Shown here piece after piece: positions 36,081-49,081 of a stretch of DNA of 64,000 nucleotides. The stretch spans positions 201,936,001 through 202,000,000 of the forward strand of contig NC_058368.1 of the NCBI RefSeq assembly GCF_018350175.1, given 5' to 3'. Position numbers and translations under genes: made by a program. Position 1 is the first letter of the stretch. Every line of letters starts with the position of its first letter. Under the pieces are notes generated by a model that did no database searches, was not told where the DNA came from, and worked only from the letters and a program-made list of their open reading frames with translations. The DNA is from Felis catus (lineage: Eukaryota).

Positions 36081-38361
36081 TATTTTCAGAAAAACTACTC
36101 TTGTGTCCATTGCAAACATAATAGCACTCTTGGACTATCTGAATTCACCTATATAAATTACAAAACAATGCAAATTCTATTTGTGCTTTTTCATCAACAT
36201 AAAAAAAAAGTTATAATGACTATGTGTCATATCTGTTCGGTCAAAATTATTTATTATGCACCTACTAGATCCTAAGTACAGTACTACACTGTGAAGATAA
36301 AATGGTGAGTAAAATCGATAACGTCGATTTTTACTCAGGGACCTTATAGTGCAATTTGTAACAGTGGTTATAAATTTGTCCTCACTCAATGTCAAACTGT
36401 GAGAAGTGGTATGAAAGGAAATATTGAGACCTAAATGTGCATGTGACAGAGGGGATTGATCTAATGTGGGAGTCCAAGGAGTAAAGGTTTTTACTCACAC
36501 ATGACGTAGGGCTTAGCTAGAAGGGTGGTGGACACAGTTCAGCAAAAAGCAGGCAACATAAAGGTGAGAACCTGGGGACTGTGGAACTTTGGAAGAACTA
36601 GAAGATGCTCACTGTGGCTGCCACGCAGGAACAAGGGAGGGTCACAGGGTTGAACCTTTCTTTTAGTCTCCAGTAAGGTTTTGTTAAGGAATGTGACCTT
36701 GGGAAATCATTTTTGAAGATTTAAGCTGGGAGGTCAAATAAGATATATATTTTTCAACAATCTCGACACTATTGGAAGACATACATAGATGGTATCAATG
36801 TCCAAATAACTTGTGCTAAAGCCTAAAGCTCAAGTCCATATCGTGAAAAATGTGAAATTATTTAAAGTATTTTGCATCAACCTGACTATTTAATAATATA
36901 CTGAGATTGCACAATGTTTCCAATGTTTACTTGAGAGTAGTTATGAAAGTGTAATATGAGTGGCCTGTCACAATGTCAGCACTATTCTCTCTTTCAAATT
37001 CAAAGGCACTCTCATTTACATGCAAGTATTTATAGACAGACTGCCAGGCAACAGTTTTTCTATTAACAAAAAATAAAGCAAAGTAAAAGCTTAATGTCCG
37101 AGTCGTATCGAGTGCACAGTGGTGTTCATATTTGCCACAGTCTGTGTCGCCTGTTCTTAATGTTGAAAACAATTTGGAATAGATGAAGTATGAAGTTTTT
37201 CCCTTTACTTGTGAATTACAAAGCTATCACTTTGTCAAAGTTATGACTGTATTTATTCTGAGACAGAGCCTGAGAAACTAAAATAAATTCAGCAATATAA
37301 CTTTAAAAATTTATATGGAATTACCAGTTACCTTTCTAGTTCCCCCTTCTTCTTCTCCTCCTCTGTTTCCTCCTTCATTCTTTAGGCACTTTCCTTGTGT
37401 GATTTCCACACTGAGCCAAAAAGAGCAGATAAAGCCAGACTTTCAGAACTCTTCAGTGGAGCTCTATGTTTAAAGATATCTATATGCTCATGGTCTCTTC
37501 TTCAACTTTGACCCACTGTCTCACTTTGAGTGTTCTTACCCCCTAGACAATTATGTTCTGTTACAGAGGGTGCTTCATGAGTCACTACTCTCTCAGTTGT
37601 CAAGAGAAAACCATTTGGAAGTATGGAACTCCAATAAAGAAAATAGCACCATGGTATTTTCACGCAACTGTGAATACATTGGTATAACGAAAAATGATTA
37701 CTGATAAAAACAAGTGATGCATTCAGAAATTTTACTGATATGAGAGGAAATCCATACTTTTGATGAACTAAAAGTGAAACTGCTTTCCTGTCGTATCTTT
37801 TCATCTGAAGTTCTTTAATTGTTTAGTAAACAGGAAAGTAATTTCAGTAATTACATCTTATAGTAAACAAAAAAGGATGGCAATTGTTAACATTTTAAGA
37901 TTAAAGAGAGTCAACGATACAACTGGAAAAGACTAATATGTTCTAAGATATGAACAAAGTAATTATTTTTATTGCACATTGCAACTGATAATAACCATTT
38001 CGACTGCAAATGAAAACAGACATAAAGTAAAGCTATATTAAGAATTAAAAAAATTATAAGACAACATAATGAGTAAATATATGCCAGTAAACTTGAAAAT
38101 ATACATGAAGTAACAATTTTCTCAAGAGAATAAATTAATCAAGCCAAGACAAAAATTGACAAAAATTAAAAATACCAAACAAAAATTACAAAATATATAT
38201 AGACTAATAACCATTTCATCAGGTTAATTTAAAGCTAATGTCAATTAATCACATTGTTCTGCTGAAGAAAAGATTAGATACACTTCAAGGACAGGTGTCA
38301 GAAAGGACACATGCTAACAGGAAGATTTTTTCTGATCTATAACCCAAATTGTCTCGTACAT

Positions 38362-38558
38362 TAATTTTTGAAATAGGGAGAGACAGAGAGTAAGAAGCGG
38401 GGGGGGGGGGGGGGGTAGAAAGAGAGAGACACAGATTCCAAAGCAGGTTCCAGGTTCTGTCAGCACAGAGCCTGATGCAGGGCTCAAACCCATGAACTGT
38501 GAGATTATGACCTGAGTTGAAGTCAGGCACTTAACCAACTGAGCCAACCAGGTGCCCC
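38362..38558 (-). mobile_element. CAN-SINE with G17 run
   Basis: Head at 38558; G-run at 38399-38415. Confidence 0.92.
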
Positions 38559-38659
38559 ACAAAACCCCTTTATAAATTTGTATAAATCTTATTTGAAAAT
38601 ACAATAGAAATAAGCTATGTTATTTCAATAACTCTATAATGTAACTTTAAATAAACTAT

Positions 38660-38853
38660 GGGGCGCCTGGGTGGTTCAGTCAGTTTTGGCATCCAACTCT
38701 TGATTTCAGCTCAGGTCATGATCACAGGATTGTTTAATGGAATCCCAGGTTGGGCTCTGTGCTGTGCAAGGGACCTGCTTGACATTCACTCTCTCTCCCT
38801 CTGCCCCTCTCTCCTGCTCTCTCTCTCTCTCTCTCTCTCAAAATAAAAAAAAC
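38660..38853 (+). mobile_element. CAN-SINE
   Basis: Head, CT tract; TSD aaactat. Confidence 0.92.
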
Positions 38854-38965
38854 CAAACTATTTCATTTTCCCTCTGCAAAAATCTTAACTTCAGCCATAT
38901 ATGGGAGAACTATTCTAATCTTGACAATAAAATGAAACATATCTTCTTTATAATTTGCAGTCATT

Positions 38966-39172
38966 GGGGCGCCTGGGTGGCTCAGTCAGTTAAGCATCCA
39001 ACTCTTGATTCTGGCGCAGGTCATGATCTCATGGTTTATGGGATTGAGCCCTACATTAGGCTCTGCACTGACAGCATGGAGCCTGGTTAGGTTTGTCTCT
39101 CTCCCTCTCTCTCTCTGCCCCTCCCCTGCTCATGCTTTGTCTCTCTCAAAATAAATAACCATCAAAAAAATT
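38966..39172 (+). mobile_element. CAN-SINE
   Basis: Head, CT tract; diverged TSD ending tgc(a/g)gtcatt. Confidence 0.94.
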
Positions 39173-40377
39173 TTATAGTGTGCGGTCATTGACATTTAAT
39201 AGAATACAGCTTTTTTGTGCTTATTTGCAAAAGATCTTAAAGATCTACTTTATCTTTAATCTAGACTACATTATGTAAAATGCTGGAAAGTTATGGAAGA
39301 AAATGCATTTGAACAAAATTTTTCCTTAGTAGGCTTTGTTCAAGTTGCATGGTTACAATGGTACTGCAAAATGTGCTTTATTTAATTTCTTTTGTTTTAC
39401 TTAGTTATCTCAATTTTCTCAATTTTCTAAGCTACACAGATATAAGCCTTGGCATTGTTTTATGAGAAATGCAGTTGGACAGTTTCCTAAAATTTTCTAA
39501 ATGATTCATGTATGACAGTATAAAGGTAGTTAGACTGTGGTAACTTTTTTCTCTTCCTGAAAATGACTATAATATTTAACTGCTGTGAAATGAAACCATA
39601 ACTTATTATGTACATGGCAAAGAAAGAAAGAAAATCTGTCAATACACATTCAAAATTGTTAAAGATATAAGTGGATGTGTCTGGCTAAATGAGATTTAGA
39701 ACTCCTTAAGCCTTGTTTGATTTTAGAAAGAAAAAAAGGGCTTGAATTTTTAAGTCTAAATAGAATGATAAAAGAAAACAAAGCATTAACTTAACCAGTC
39801 TCTCTGCCATTAGTTATTTTGGTCATCATCTGTATCTTTTATCTAATCAAATGATTTAAAATTTTAATAGGAAGCAAGAAATTCTACTAAGAGAGGAAAA
39901 TAAACTTTACTAATAGAGGAAGGCAAACTAAAGAGACTTAATAAATAAATACTTTATTGCAATACTATTAGTGATGATGACAGCAATACATATAGCAAAT
40001 TATGAAAGTAAAGTGATTTTTCTTCCTGCTAGGCTATAAAAGATGTTTTTTTAAGGGCACATTAATACTATTCCCTTAATGTAAGCTTGGGCATCAGTCC
40101 AGGTGCTATTTCTAAAAGCAGTAGGCACTTAACAAGGCCTTCTATAGAAATACCTCAGTAGTATTGCTGGAGTGGAGCTATGCATTCCCTGTGAAAGGAC
40201 TCAGTAGTCATTAGCAACTTTTACAGAAATCTTTGGACAGCTTTCACAGGACAGCAAGGAGGATATTCATGAAACTACTCAGGAAAGTTAATTCCAAATT
40301 AAAAAGAGACGCATTTGCAATTCAAGAAATTGAATGGTAATGCCAATTAGTCACATTTTCTATTTAAGAAAAGATTA

Positions 40378-40575
40378 GGGCGGAACCTCAGTAGCTCAGA
40401 TGATTAAGCATCCAACATCGGCTCAGGTCAGGATCTCACCATTCTTGGGTTTGAGCTTCACATCAGGCTCTCGGCTGTCAGCACAGCTTTGGATCCTCTC
40501 TCTGCCCCTCCCCCTCTGGTTGTCTTTCTCTCACTCTCTTTCAAAATTAATGGATAAACTTAAAAAAAAAAAAGA
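40378..40575 (+). mobile_element. CAN-SINE
   Basis: TSD aagaaaagatta. Confidence 0.9.
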
Positions 40576-40800
40576 ATGAAAGAAAAGATTAGGTATACTT
40601 CAACTTCAGGATGGCAGAAGAAACACATGTTGAAACACCTGTTTTTGTGTGCTCTCGTTTTCTCTTTCTGAATATATCACGTACATATGTGCATCTCTTC
40701 CTGCTATGTATACATATATATGTATGCATGTGTAACAGGAAGATAGATAATGGTATAGATAAAGAATCTCCAATGTCAGAATAAAAAAAGTGAAGTGTCT

Positions 40801-40976
40801 GGGCCCCAGACCTCATTCAGTTGCCTGTCTGACTCTTGACTTCAGCTCAGGTCAAAATCTCAACGTCATGGGATCAGGCCCTAAGTCTGGGCTCCACGCT
40901 GAGTGTGGAGCCCCTTTAAGATTCTTTCTCTCTCTCCCTCTTTCACTCTCCACTGCTGAGGCACACTCTCTCTCCT

Positions 40977-41000
<24 letters not shown>
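40801..41000 (+). mobile_element. Older CAN-SINE with long A tail
   Basis: TSD aaagt(g/a)aagtgtct. Confidence 0.88.
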
Positions 41001-41007
<7 letters not shown>

Positions 41008-41488
41008 GTGTCTAGGTGTCTAGACACCAGAAACAGAGAAGGAACAGACAGCAATAAGCCATATTTGAAGCCATTAGGCCCATGCAGTGAGTAACTGTCA
41101 CCTAGAAATCCACAGTGGCTAAGGTCTCAGCACCTACATAGAAACAGAAGCCAAGTTTCTAGGCCCTACATACAGTGGGGAATCAGAACTGGGAAACATC
41201 TGTGAAGCCAGAAGATGCAATGTATTAAAAGTGACGAAGGAAAATATTTCATGATGATAAAATGAACAATGCACTAAAATACGACAATTAAAACTTACAT
41301 GCACTGAAACAGAACTTTGCAGGATATAAAGCAAGACTCAGATTTAAAGTGAAAAATCCCAAATCTACAATTTTGGTGTGATATTTTAACCAATGAATTA
41401 ATAAACTGGTAGAATAAGCAGGCAAAAAGCAGTTCTTGAAATACTCAAACCTGATTAATAATTTTTAGTCAATAGATATTTAAAAAAA

Positions 41489-41705
41489 TTTTTTTTAACA
41501 TTTATTTATTTTTGAGAGACAGAGAGAGACAGAGCATGAGCAGGGGAGGGGCAGAGAGAGAGAAGGAGACAGAATCTGAAGCAGACTGCAGGCTCTGAGC
41601 AAGCTGTCAGCACAGAGCCTGATACGGGGCTCAAACCCACAAACTGTGAGATCATGACCTGAGCCGAAGTCAGATGCTCAACCGATTGAGCCACCCAGGT
41701 GCCCC
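41489..41705 (-). mobile_element. CAN-SINE
   Basis: TSD ag(t/c)caatagatattt. Confidence 0.95.
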
Positions 41706-41756
41706 AGCCAATAGATATTTTATTAGAGAACTATTCACCCAACAAAGAATGCATAT

Positions 41757-41967
41757 TTTTTTAAATGTTTATTTATTTTTGAAAGAGAGAGACAGACAGA
41801 ATGTGAGCAGGGGAGGGGCAGAGAGAGAGGGAGACACAGAATCTGAGTCAGGCTCCAGGCTCTGAGCTGTCAGCACAGATCCCAATGCAGGGCTCAAACT
41901 CATGAACTGCGAGATCATGACCTGAAACGAAGTCAGATGCTTAACCAACGGAGCCACCCAGGTACCC
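41757..41967 (-). mobile_element. CAN-SINE
   Basis: TSD agaatgcatattttt. Confidence 0.95.
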
Positions 41968-42224
41968 TGAGAATGCATATTTTTAAGCACATATTTTGGA
42001 CCTTTATAAAATGAATGATTACTTTAGACAGAAGTTTTAAGAAGTTAAAAAAAAATTAAACAGCTCACAACTCTTTAGTAAAAACAGTCAATGAAATTAA
42101 AAATTAGCAACCAAACACATCTAATAAAATAGAATAATTTTGGAAATAAAATATCACATGGCTAAATAATACACACTGCTAAACAAATAACAACAAAGAT
42201 TTTTAAATATTTAAAACAAACAGA

Positions 42225-42433
42225 GGGGCATCTGGGTGGAGTCAGTTGAGCATCTGACTTGAGCTTAGATCATGATCTCATGGTTTGTGGGCTTGAGCCC
42301 GGTGTCAGGCTCTGTGCTGAAAACTCAGAGCCTGGAGCCTGCTTCAGATTCTGTGTCTTCTTCTCTCTGCCCCTCCCCTGCCCACGCTCTCTCTCTCTCT
42401 CTCAAAAATAAACATTAAAAAAATTTTAAAAAT
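42225..42433 (+). mobile_element. CAN-SINE
   Basis: TSD aaaacaaacaga. Confidence 0.95.
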
Positions 42434-42636
42434 AAAACAAACAGAAAAGCTACATTATGTTCCAACTGGTGGTCCAAAATCAGTATTTGGAAGATGTATC
42501 ATTTCATGTCCATTCATTATAAGATGAGACAAAATCGAGACTAAATAAATTTAGCAATTGTCTCAAAGCGCTAAAATTGTAGTAAGCCAAGAGAAGGGAG
42601 AGGAAGAAATACCACAGGTAAAAGGAAAAATTAATA

Positions 42637-42848
42637 GGGGAGCCTGGGTGACCCAGTCAGTTAAGTGTATGACTCTCGATTTTGGCTCAGATCATGATCT
42701 CATGATCGGTGAGATTGAGCCTGGAGTCAGGCTCTGCGCTGACAGCTCGGGGCCTGCTTGGGATTCTCTCTCTGTCCCTCTCTCTCTGCCCTGCTTGTGC
42801 TCACTCAATCTCTCTCAAAATAACTAAAATAAAACTTTTTTAAAAAGT
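42637..42848 (+). mobile_element. CAN-SINE
   Basis: TSD aaaaattaata. Confidence 0.94.
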
Positions 42849-43194
42849 AAAAATTAATAAAATAGAAAATAAGAGTAACAGAAGTAATAACAACCAAAAA
42901 TTAGAAATGATGATCAATAAAACTAAGAGATAATGCATTGAAAAGACAAAATAGATAATCTTATAAGCATGGTAAATAAAACTAGAGAACAAAAGCAAAA
43001 ACAATTAAGAAGGAGAAAGACATAAACTGAACCTACATTAGAAGTTTTTTTAACTTATAAAGTAACATAATGAATAAATATATATTAACAAATTTGAAAG
43101 CATAAAGGAAATTGTAATTTCCTCAAAAGATTGAATTATGTAAATCAAACCACGGCAAACTTAAAAAAGATAAACAAAATACATAGAAAACCTA

Positions 43195-43616
43195 TACATT
43201 TCCCTCAGAAGCAGACCTCAAAGCAAGTATTTGGGTGCAAGTAGTTTGTACAGTAGTTGGCTTCCCAAAGCCCTGATGTGGAAGGGTAGAACGTGAAGAC
43301 AAAATGAGAACATTCCTGGGTGGGTTACCAGGAGTGATAAGTAGGGCTTGGTCCCCCTGGAGGCCTCTGGAAGTCTGTGTGAAATACTTTTCCGAATTAT
43401 GCCACTTGAGGAGCAATGAAACTAAGGTATGCATCCACAAACTCTTATCTTTCATTTGTTGTGGGTTTCTCCTGGAGGTACTAGTTCCCCAAAACTTGTG
43501 GTCCGTTCTGCATGGGAGCCAAAGGCAGTTGTCAGCCAGAGCATCGCTTCCAGGAAGCAGCTGTTGACATGCATCGTACAGATGACTGACGGCCGGGCCC
43601 CAACAGTCCATGCTAC
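43195..43616 (-). mobile_element. LTR16-like ERVL solo LTR
   Basis: cagaagcagacctc...gatttgggtgcaagtagttt-like 3' end in reverse; ends gctaca. Confidence 0.65.
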
Positions 43617-45292
43617 AATAAGTACCTACTTATTGTTGTTGTTGTTTTTAAATGCTTCACCCGGATGGCGGAGGGAGAATCACAATGGTGATCCCCCTAC
43701 TACACGGGCACCCATCTTGGGAAGCCTCTCTATCCTTGAGGGCCTGAGAGCTCCCCCCTCTTACCAGACCTATGAACACTCTTTTCATTTGACCTGAGAG
43801 TTCAGATGCAAGACAAATTGTTTCGGTGTGGGGCAATCAGAGTAGATTTTTTAGAGAATGTGTAATCTGAACAGGGCACATTTACAGTGGGTAGCAAGAA
43901 ATGAATAGAACATTCCAGGTCTAGAAGACTGGTATACATAAAATGGACAAAAGAGTAGAAATGAGAAAGTCCAGTGCATGTTTTCCTATTAATGAGTGAT
44001 CTGGGTTGACTTGAAGCAGAAAGGTTGATTATGTGGGAGATTCATGTAGCAAGAAATTTCAGTGACAGGTGATTTGGAAAGATCTGGCATATGACTTTAT
44101 CTAATTAACACTGCTAGCCAATTCAGGCTAAGGAAATAACAAAGAAAATTGTGTTTCAGGAAGTTAAATCGGTTGGTAAGATTAAAGATAGATTTTGGGC
44201 AAGGAGCTGCAATGGTTTTTGAAGTAATAAATGCCTATATTTGGATTGGCTACAGTGGGGATGGAAAGAAAGGAACAAATTGAGAACCACACAAAATTTT
44301 AGAATGGAAAGGTATTTTAGAAAACCACCCACTTCCCCACCATTTTGAAGATCAGGTAACTGAAGCAGGGAGAGGAAGTGTCTTATTTGATGTCAGAAGG
44401 CTAGTTAGTAGCTAAGACAAGAATACATTTTGATCATTGGACTCCAAGCAAGGGCTATTTTTAAAATTCAGAGGCTTCTTCTTCCAATGATAAGCAAATG
44501 ATTGAACTGTGGTTGTTACATTTAGACTTTCCTTTCCTCTTTCTGGTTTGAGGCTTAAGAAAGGAAATAGCCACCAATCTTTCTTATCTCAGTAGAAAAA
44601 TTTCAGAACTTGGCAATTAGTTAGTCATGAGGTTTGAACTCAAATAAGGAATGAAAAATAAATGATTGTCTTGATGATTGAGAAAATAAAATGGATTTTG
44701 ATTGAGAAAATGAAATTTTTTTTGCAGAGATAAAGACATTTCTTCTAGGCTGCTGAGTTTAAGGTGACAAGATATATAAGAATACATGGTCAGCATGAAG
44801 ACGGAGTATACATGATCAGGAGGGCTCGACATGTTTGCATACAAGTGCTGACCTTAAGTCATATGTGCAGCGATTTTAGGTGTGATTTTTGAAGTTAATT
44901 TATTCAGTCAAATTTCTTTTCTTTCCTATCTTAAAAGACCTAAGATGGAATTTGTTTAACTTCAGACAGGTTGATTAATCTCTGATACCAGTTGCTATGT
45001 AATAATACCTGCATCAGCATTTCTAATTTTATAGTTAGACAAAGTTATTTTAAAAGGAAATTTCGCAGAGAAAGATTTGAATATCTGGAAAATATATGTA
45101 GAATGTCATATCTAAGCCCATGATATTGCCAAATAGGTGGTGTACAACTTTTTTTTAAGTCAAGCACAAATTATATAATCTTCTTATTCTTTGGATGTTT
45201 AATATCTTGAAATAATTACTTTTCAAGTTTGTCTGAATCTCTGCTCTATTAAATTGATTATGAAAAAATATTTTTTCTTTGAATTAGTGTAC

Positions 45293-45364
45293 ATCTTTTC
45301 TTCCTTTTTCTCTCTTTCTTTCTTTCTTTCCTTCTTTCCTTCCTTTCTTCCTCCCTTCCTCTCT
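45293..45364. repeat. (CTTT/CCTT)n pyrimidine tract at the L1 tail
   Basis: Direct reading. Confidence 0.85.
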
Positions 45365-45465
45365 TTTTATTGAATTATAACTGATATACAGTATTGTATT
45401 CGTTTCAGGTATACAACATATTGTTTTGATATATATTTTATATATATTTAAATGATTATCTCTCT

Positions 45466-45659
45466 CTTTTTTTGGAGAGAGAGAGAGATACAGAGCATGA
45501 GCAAGGGAGAGGGGCAGAGGGAGAGAGATTGAATATCTCAAGCAAGCTCCAAACTCAGCGTGGAGCCCAAAGCGGGGCTTGATCCCATGACCCTGGGATC
45601 ATGCCCTGAGCTGCAATCAAGAGTCAGAAGCTCAATGGACTAAGCTAGCCAGATGCCTC
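45466..45659 (-). mobile_element. CAN-SINE nested in L1
   Basis: SINE body on the minus strand; TSD-like aaatgat(t/c)atct. Confidence 0.9.
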
Positions 45660-46258
45660 AATTGTGAAATGATCATCTAGCTCAACAGGTGCAGTTGCCA
45701 TGGTCACTATGCAAAGTTATTACAACATTATGGGCTATATTCCCTATACTGTACATTACATCCTCATTATTTATTTATTTTATGACTAAGTTTGTATCTG
45801 TTAATCCCTTTCACCTATTTTGCCCATCCCCCATCCCCCTCCTCCCTGGCAACGACCAGTTCACTCTCTGTATCTATAAATCTGTTTTGGTTTTGTTTGC
45901 TCATTTGTTTTACTTTTTAAATTCCACATATAAGTGAAATCTTATGGTATGTATTTTCCTCTGTCTGACTTATTTCAGTTAGTATACTACCTTCTAGATC
46001 CATCCATGTGGTCACAAATGGCAAGATTTCATTTGCTTTTTTCTAGCTTAGTAAGATTTCATTGTTTCAGTATATATGCATAATATCTTCCTTTATCCAT
46101 TCATCTGTTGATGGACACTTGGGTTGCCTCCAGATCGTGGCTATTATAAATAAGGTGGCAGTGAACATGAGGATGCATTAGTCTTTTTGATTTAATGTTT
46201 TTGTTTTGTTCAGATAAATACCCAGAAGAGGAATTGCTGGATTTTATGGTTGCTCTAT

Positions 46259-46358
46259 TTTTTCACGTTTATTTTATTTTTGAGAGACAGAGAGAGAGGG
46301 ACACACACACAGAGAATATGTGCATATGCACCCATGAACCAGTGGGAGAGGGGCAGAA

Positions 46359-46421
<63 letters not shown>

Positions 46422-46546
46422 CCCAAGGAGGTGCCACACTGTCAGCACAAAGTCTGATGCAGGGCTTGATCCCACGAACTGTGAGATTATGACCTGAGCT
46501 GAAGTCGAGGGTCAAATGCTTAACCAACTGAGCCATCAGGTTCCCC
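46259..46546 (-). mobile_element. CAN-SINE nested in L1, long (GA)n
   Basis: TSD tatggttg(c/t)tctattttt. Confidence 0.94.
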
Positions 46547-47044
46547 TATGGTTGTTCTATTTTTAATTTTTTGAGGAACTTCCATGCTATTTCCCATAAT
46601 GGCTGCACCAATTTACATGCCCACCAACTGTGCATGAAGGTTCCCTTTTCTTTACATTCTTGCTGGCACTTGTTTTCTCTAGTCTTTCAAGCTGTAGCCA
46701 TTCTGACAGGTATGAGGTGGCATCTCATTGTGGTTTTGTTTGCGTATGGTTTTGATGATGAGTGATGTTGAGCATCTCTTCACGTGTCTGTTGGCCATCT
46801 GTATGTCTTCTTTGGAAAATATCTATTCAGGTCCTCCGCCCATTTTTTAATTGGGTTGTTTTTTTTTGTGATTGAGTTGTGTGAATTTTTTATATGTTTT
46901 GGGTATCAACGCCTTATCAGATATATCATTTGCAGATATCTTCTCCCAGTCAGTAGATCACCTTCACTGCATTCCTTCACTATACAAAAGCATTTTAGTT
47001 TGATGCAGTCCTAATTGTTTATTTTTGCTTTTGTTGCCCTTTCA

Positions 47045-47518
47045 CTCTTTTTTTTTAAAGGCTATTTTTAGAGCAGTTTTAAGCTTGCAACGACATTTAG
47101 AAGGAGGTCCAGAGATTTCTTGTATACCTCCTGCTCCCACTGTTAACACCACTCACCAGAATGATATTTTTAACATCACTACACTGTAATCACAAAAAGT
47201 CCATAGAATTGATATATCATAATCACACAAAGTCCACAGCTGACCACACAAAGTGTTTATTCTTGATGCTGTACATTCTATGGGTTTGGACAAATATATA
47301 ATGACATATATCTGTGATTATAATATCATACAGAGTATTTTTACTGCCCTAAAATCCCCAGTGCTCTGCCTGTTCATTTCGCCTTTCCCTGCTCCACCCC
47401 TGCAACCACTGATCTTTTTATTGTTTCCATGGTATTGCCTTTTCCAGAACATCATATGTTGGAATCATACAGTATGTGCCTTCTCAGATTGGCTTCTTTC
47501 CGTTAGTAACATGCATTC
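47045..47518 (-). mobile_element. L1MC-like 3' end
   Basis: ttttagagcagttttaag...gtacattctatgggtttggacaaat...ggaatcatacagtatgt. Confidence 0.8.
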
Positions 47519-47532
47519 AGGATCTGTGGGGG

Positions 47533-47768
47533 GTTTTGTTTGTTTGTTTGTTTTGGTTTATTTTATTTTATTTTGTTTTGTTTTATTGAGAGACAGAGTG
47601 AGAGTGCACAAAAGTAGGGGAGGGTCAGAGAGAGAGGGGGACAGAGGATCAGAAGCAGGTTCTGCACTGACAGCAGAGTGTCCAATGTGGGGCTTGACCA
47701 CATGAGCTGTGAGATCATGACCTGAGCTAAAGTCATACGCTTAATGGACTGAGTCACCCAGGTGCCCC
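47533..47768 (-). mobile_element. CAN-SINE
   Basis: Head at 47768; tail decayed to (GTTT)n/(ATTTT)n; flanked by aggatct. Confidence 0.92.
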
Positions 47769-47780
47769 TAGGATCTTTCT

Positions 47781-48017
47781 TTTTTTTTTTTTTTTAATAG
47801 TTTTATTTTTTTTTAACGTTGATTTATTTTTGAGACAAAGAGAAACAGAGCATGAACGGGGGAGGGTCAGAGAGAGAGGGAGACACAGAATCTGAAACAG
47901 GCTCCAGGCTCTGAGCTGTCAGCACAGAGCCCAACGTGGGGCTCGAACTCACGGACCGCAAGATCATGACCTGAGCCAATGTCGGCCACTTAACCGACTG
48001 AGCCACCCACGCGCCCT
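47781..48017 (-). mobile_element. Young SINEC_Fc
   Basis: TSD ggatctttcttttt. Confidence 0.96.
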
Positions 48018-48136
48018 GGATCTTTCTTTTTTAATAATGAGATTTTTCTTTTATTTGCTGCTGCAGCCTCTAGATTATATAATCGCTACCTATTTGTTCC
48101 TAGGCCCATTAAGTTTTAGTGCTATCAAAAAATATA

Positions 48137-48356
48137 TTTTTTAATGTTTTTAATGTTTTTATTTATTTTTGAGACAGAGAGAGACAGAGCATGAGCAGAG
48201 GAGGAGCAGAGAGAGAGGGAGACACAGAATCCGAAACAGGCTCCAGGCTCTGAGCTGTCAGCATAGAGCCCGATGTGGGCCTCGAACTCACAGACTGTGA
48301 GATCATGACCTGAGCTGAAGTCAGACACCCAACTGACTGAGTCACCCAGGTGCCCC
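48137..48356 (-). mobile_element. CAN-SINE
   Basis: TSD tatcaa(a/t)aaatat. Confidence 0.95.
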
Positions 48357-48971
48357 TATCAATAAATATTTATTAAGTAGCAATTTGAGTAGATAACTGA
48401 ATACACTATGTCTTTGGGAAATGTTTGCTTCCTAATATATGTAAGCTGAAGTGTATTAAAATAGAAAATAAACAAAAAAATAAAATTTCTAATATATGCC
48501 AAAGACTCTATTAGCATTCTACTTAATACAGAAAAACAGTTTATAAATTAGATACTATATCCTCACTTTAAACATAAAGAAACTAAAATGCATAGAGATT
48601 AAGTAACTTGGCAATATTTATATAATTACTAAGAGACAGAGCCAACATATGAGTTCAGGTCTTCATCTACTTTTTCATTCATACATGAGGAGATTGGGAA
48701 AAATGGATCCTGCATTTTGGATTGACAACACTGGACTGGGTCACCAAGCTACCCACTATTCCCTGCTGTTTCCATTGGGCATGGTTTACTCATTGTGTGA
48801 TTTGCTTACCTTCTCAGTGAACCCCAAAGTAGCCCAATAAACTTAGATAATCCTGTTTATTCTGAGCATCCCTGTAGGATAATTCTTAGGCCTGTAAATT
48901 TCTGAAAAGTTTCAGCATTGATATGAAGTCCCAAAAAGCTAAGTACTGTACTGTGGAGGTGGCGGCTACTA

Positions 48972-49081
48972 CTTCTTCCTCCTCCTCCTCCTCCTCCTCC
49001 TCCTCCTCCTCCTCCTCCTCCTCTTCTTCTTCTTCTTTCTTCTTCTTCTTCTTCTTCTTCTTCTTCTTCTTCTTCTTCTTC
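48972..49081. repeat. (TCC)n(TTC)n triplet tract
   Basis: Direct reading; abuts the SINE tail. Confidence 0.97.

Larger units (their letters stand above)
41210..43190 (+). mobile_element. Highly degraded ancient L1 ORF2 region interrupted by four SINEs
   Basis: Strong A-rich strand bias with L1 ORF2-like text (aaatctacaattttggtgtgatattttaac; aacaaatttgaaagcataaaggaaatt). Confidence 0.55.
45365..47040 (-). mobile_element. L1 3' end (carnivore/L1MA-type) with two nested SINEs
   Basis: tttatccattcatctgttgatggacac; gccattctgacaggtatgaggtgg; 3'UTR text. Confidence 0.9.

Noticed and set aside
43192..43797. 139-aa and 122-aa ORFs
   Set aside because: Overlap an LTR16-like relic; no domain recognised
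46195..46536. (ER)n and (SL)n ORFs
   Set aside because: (GA)n tract of a SINE
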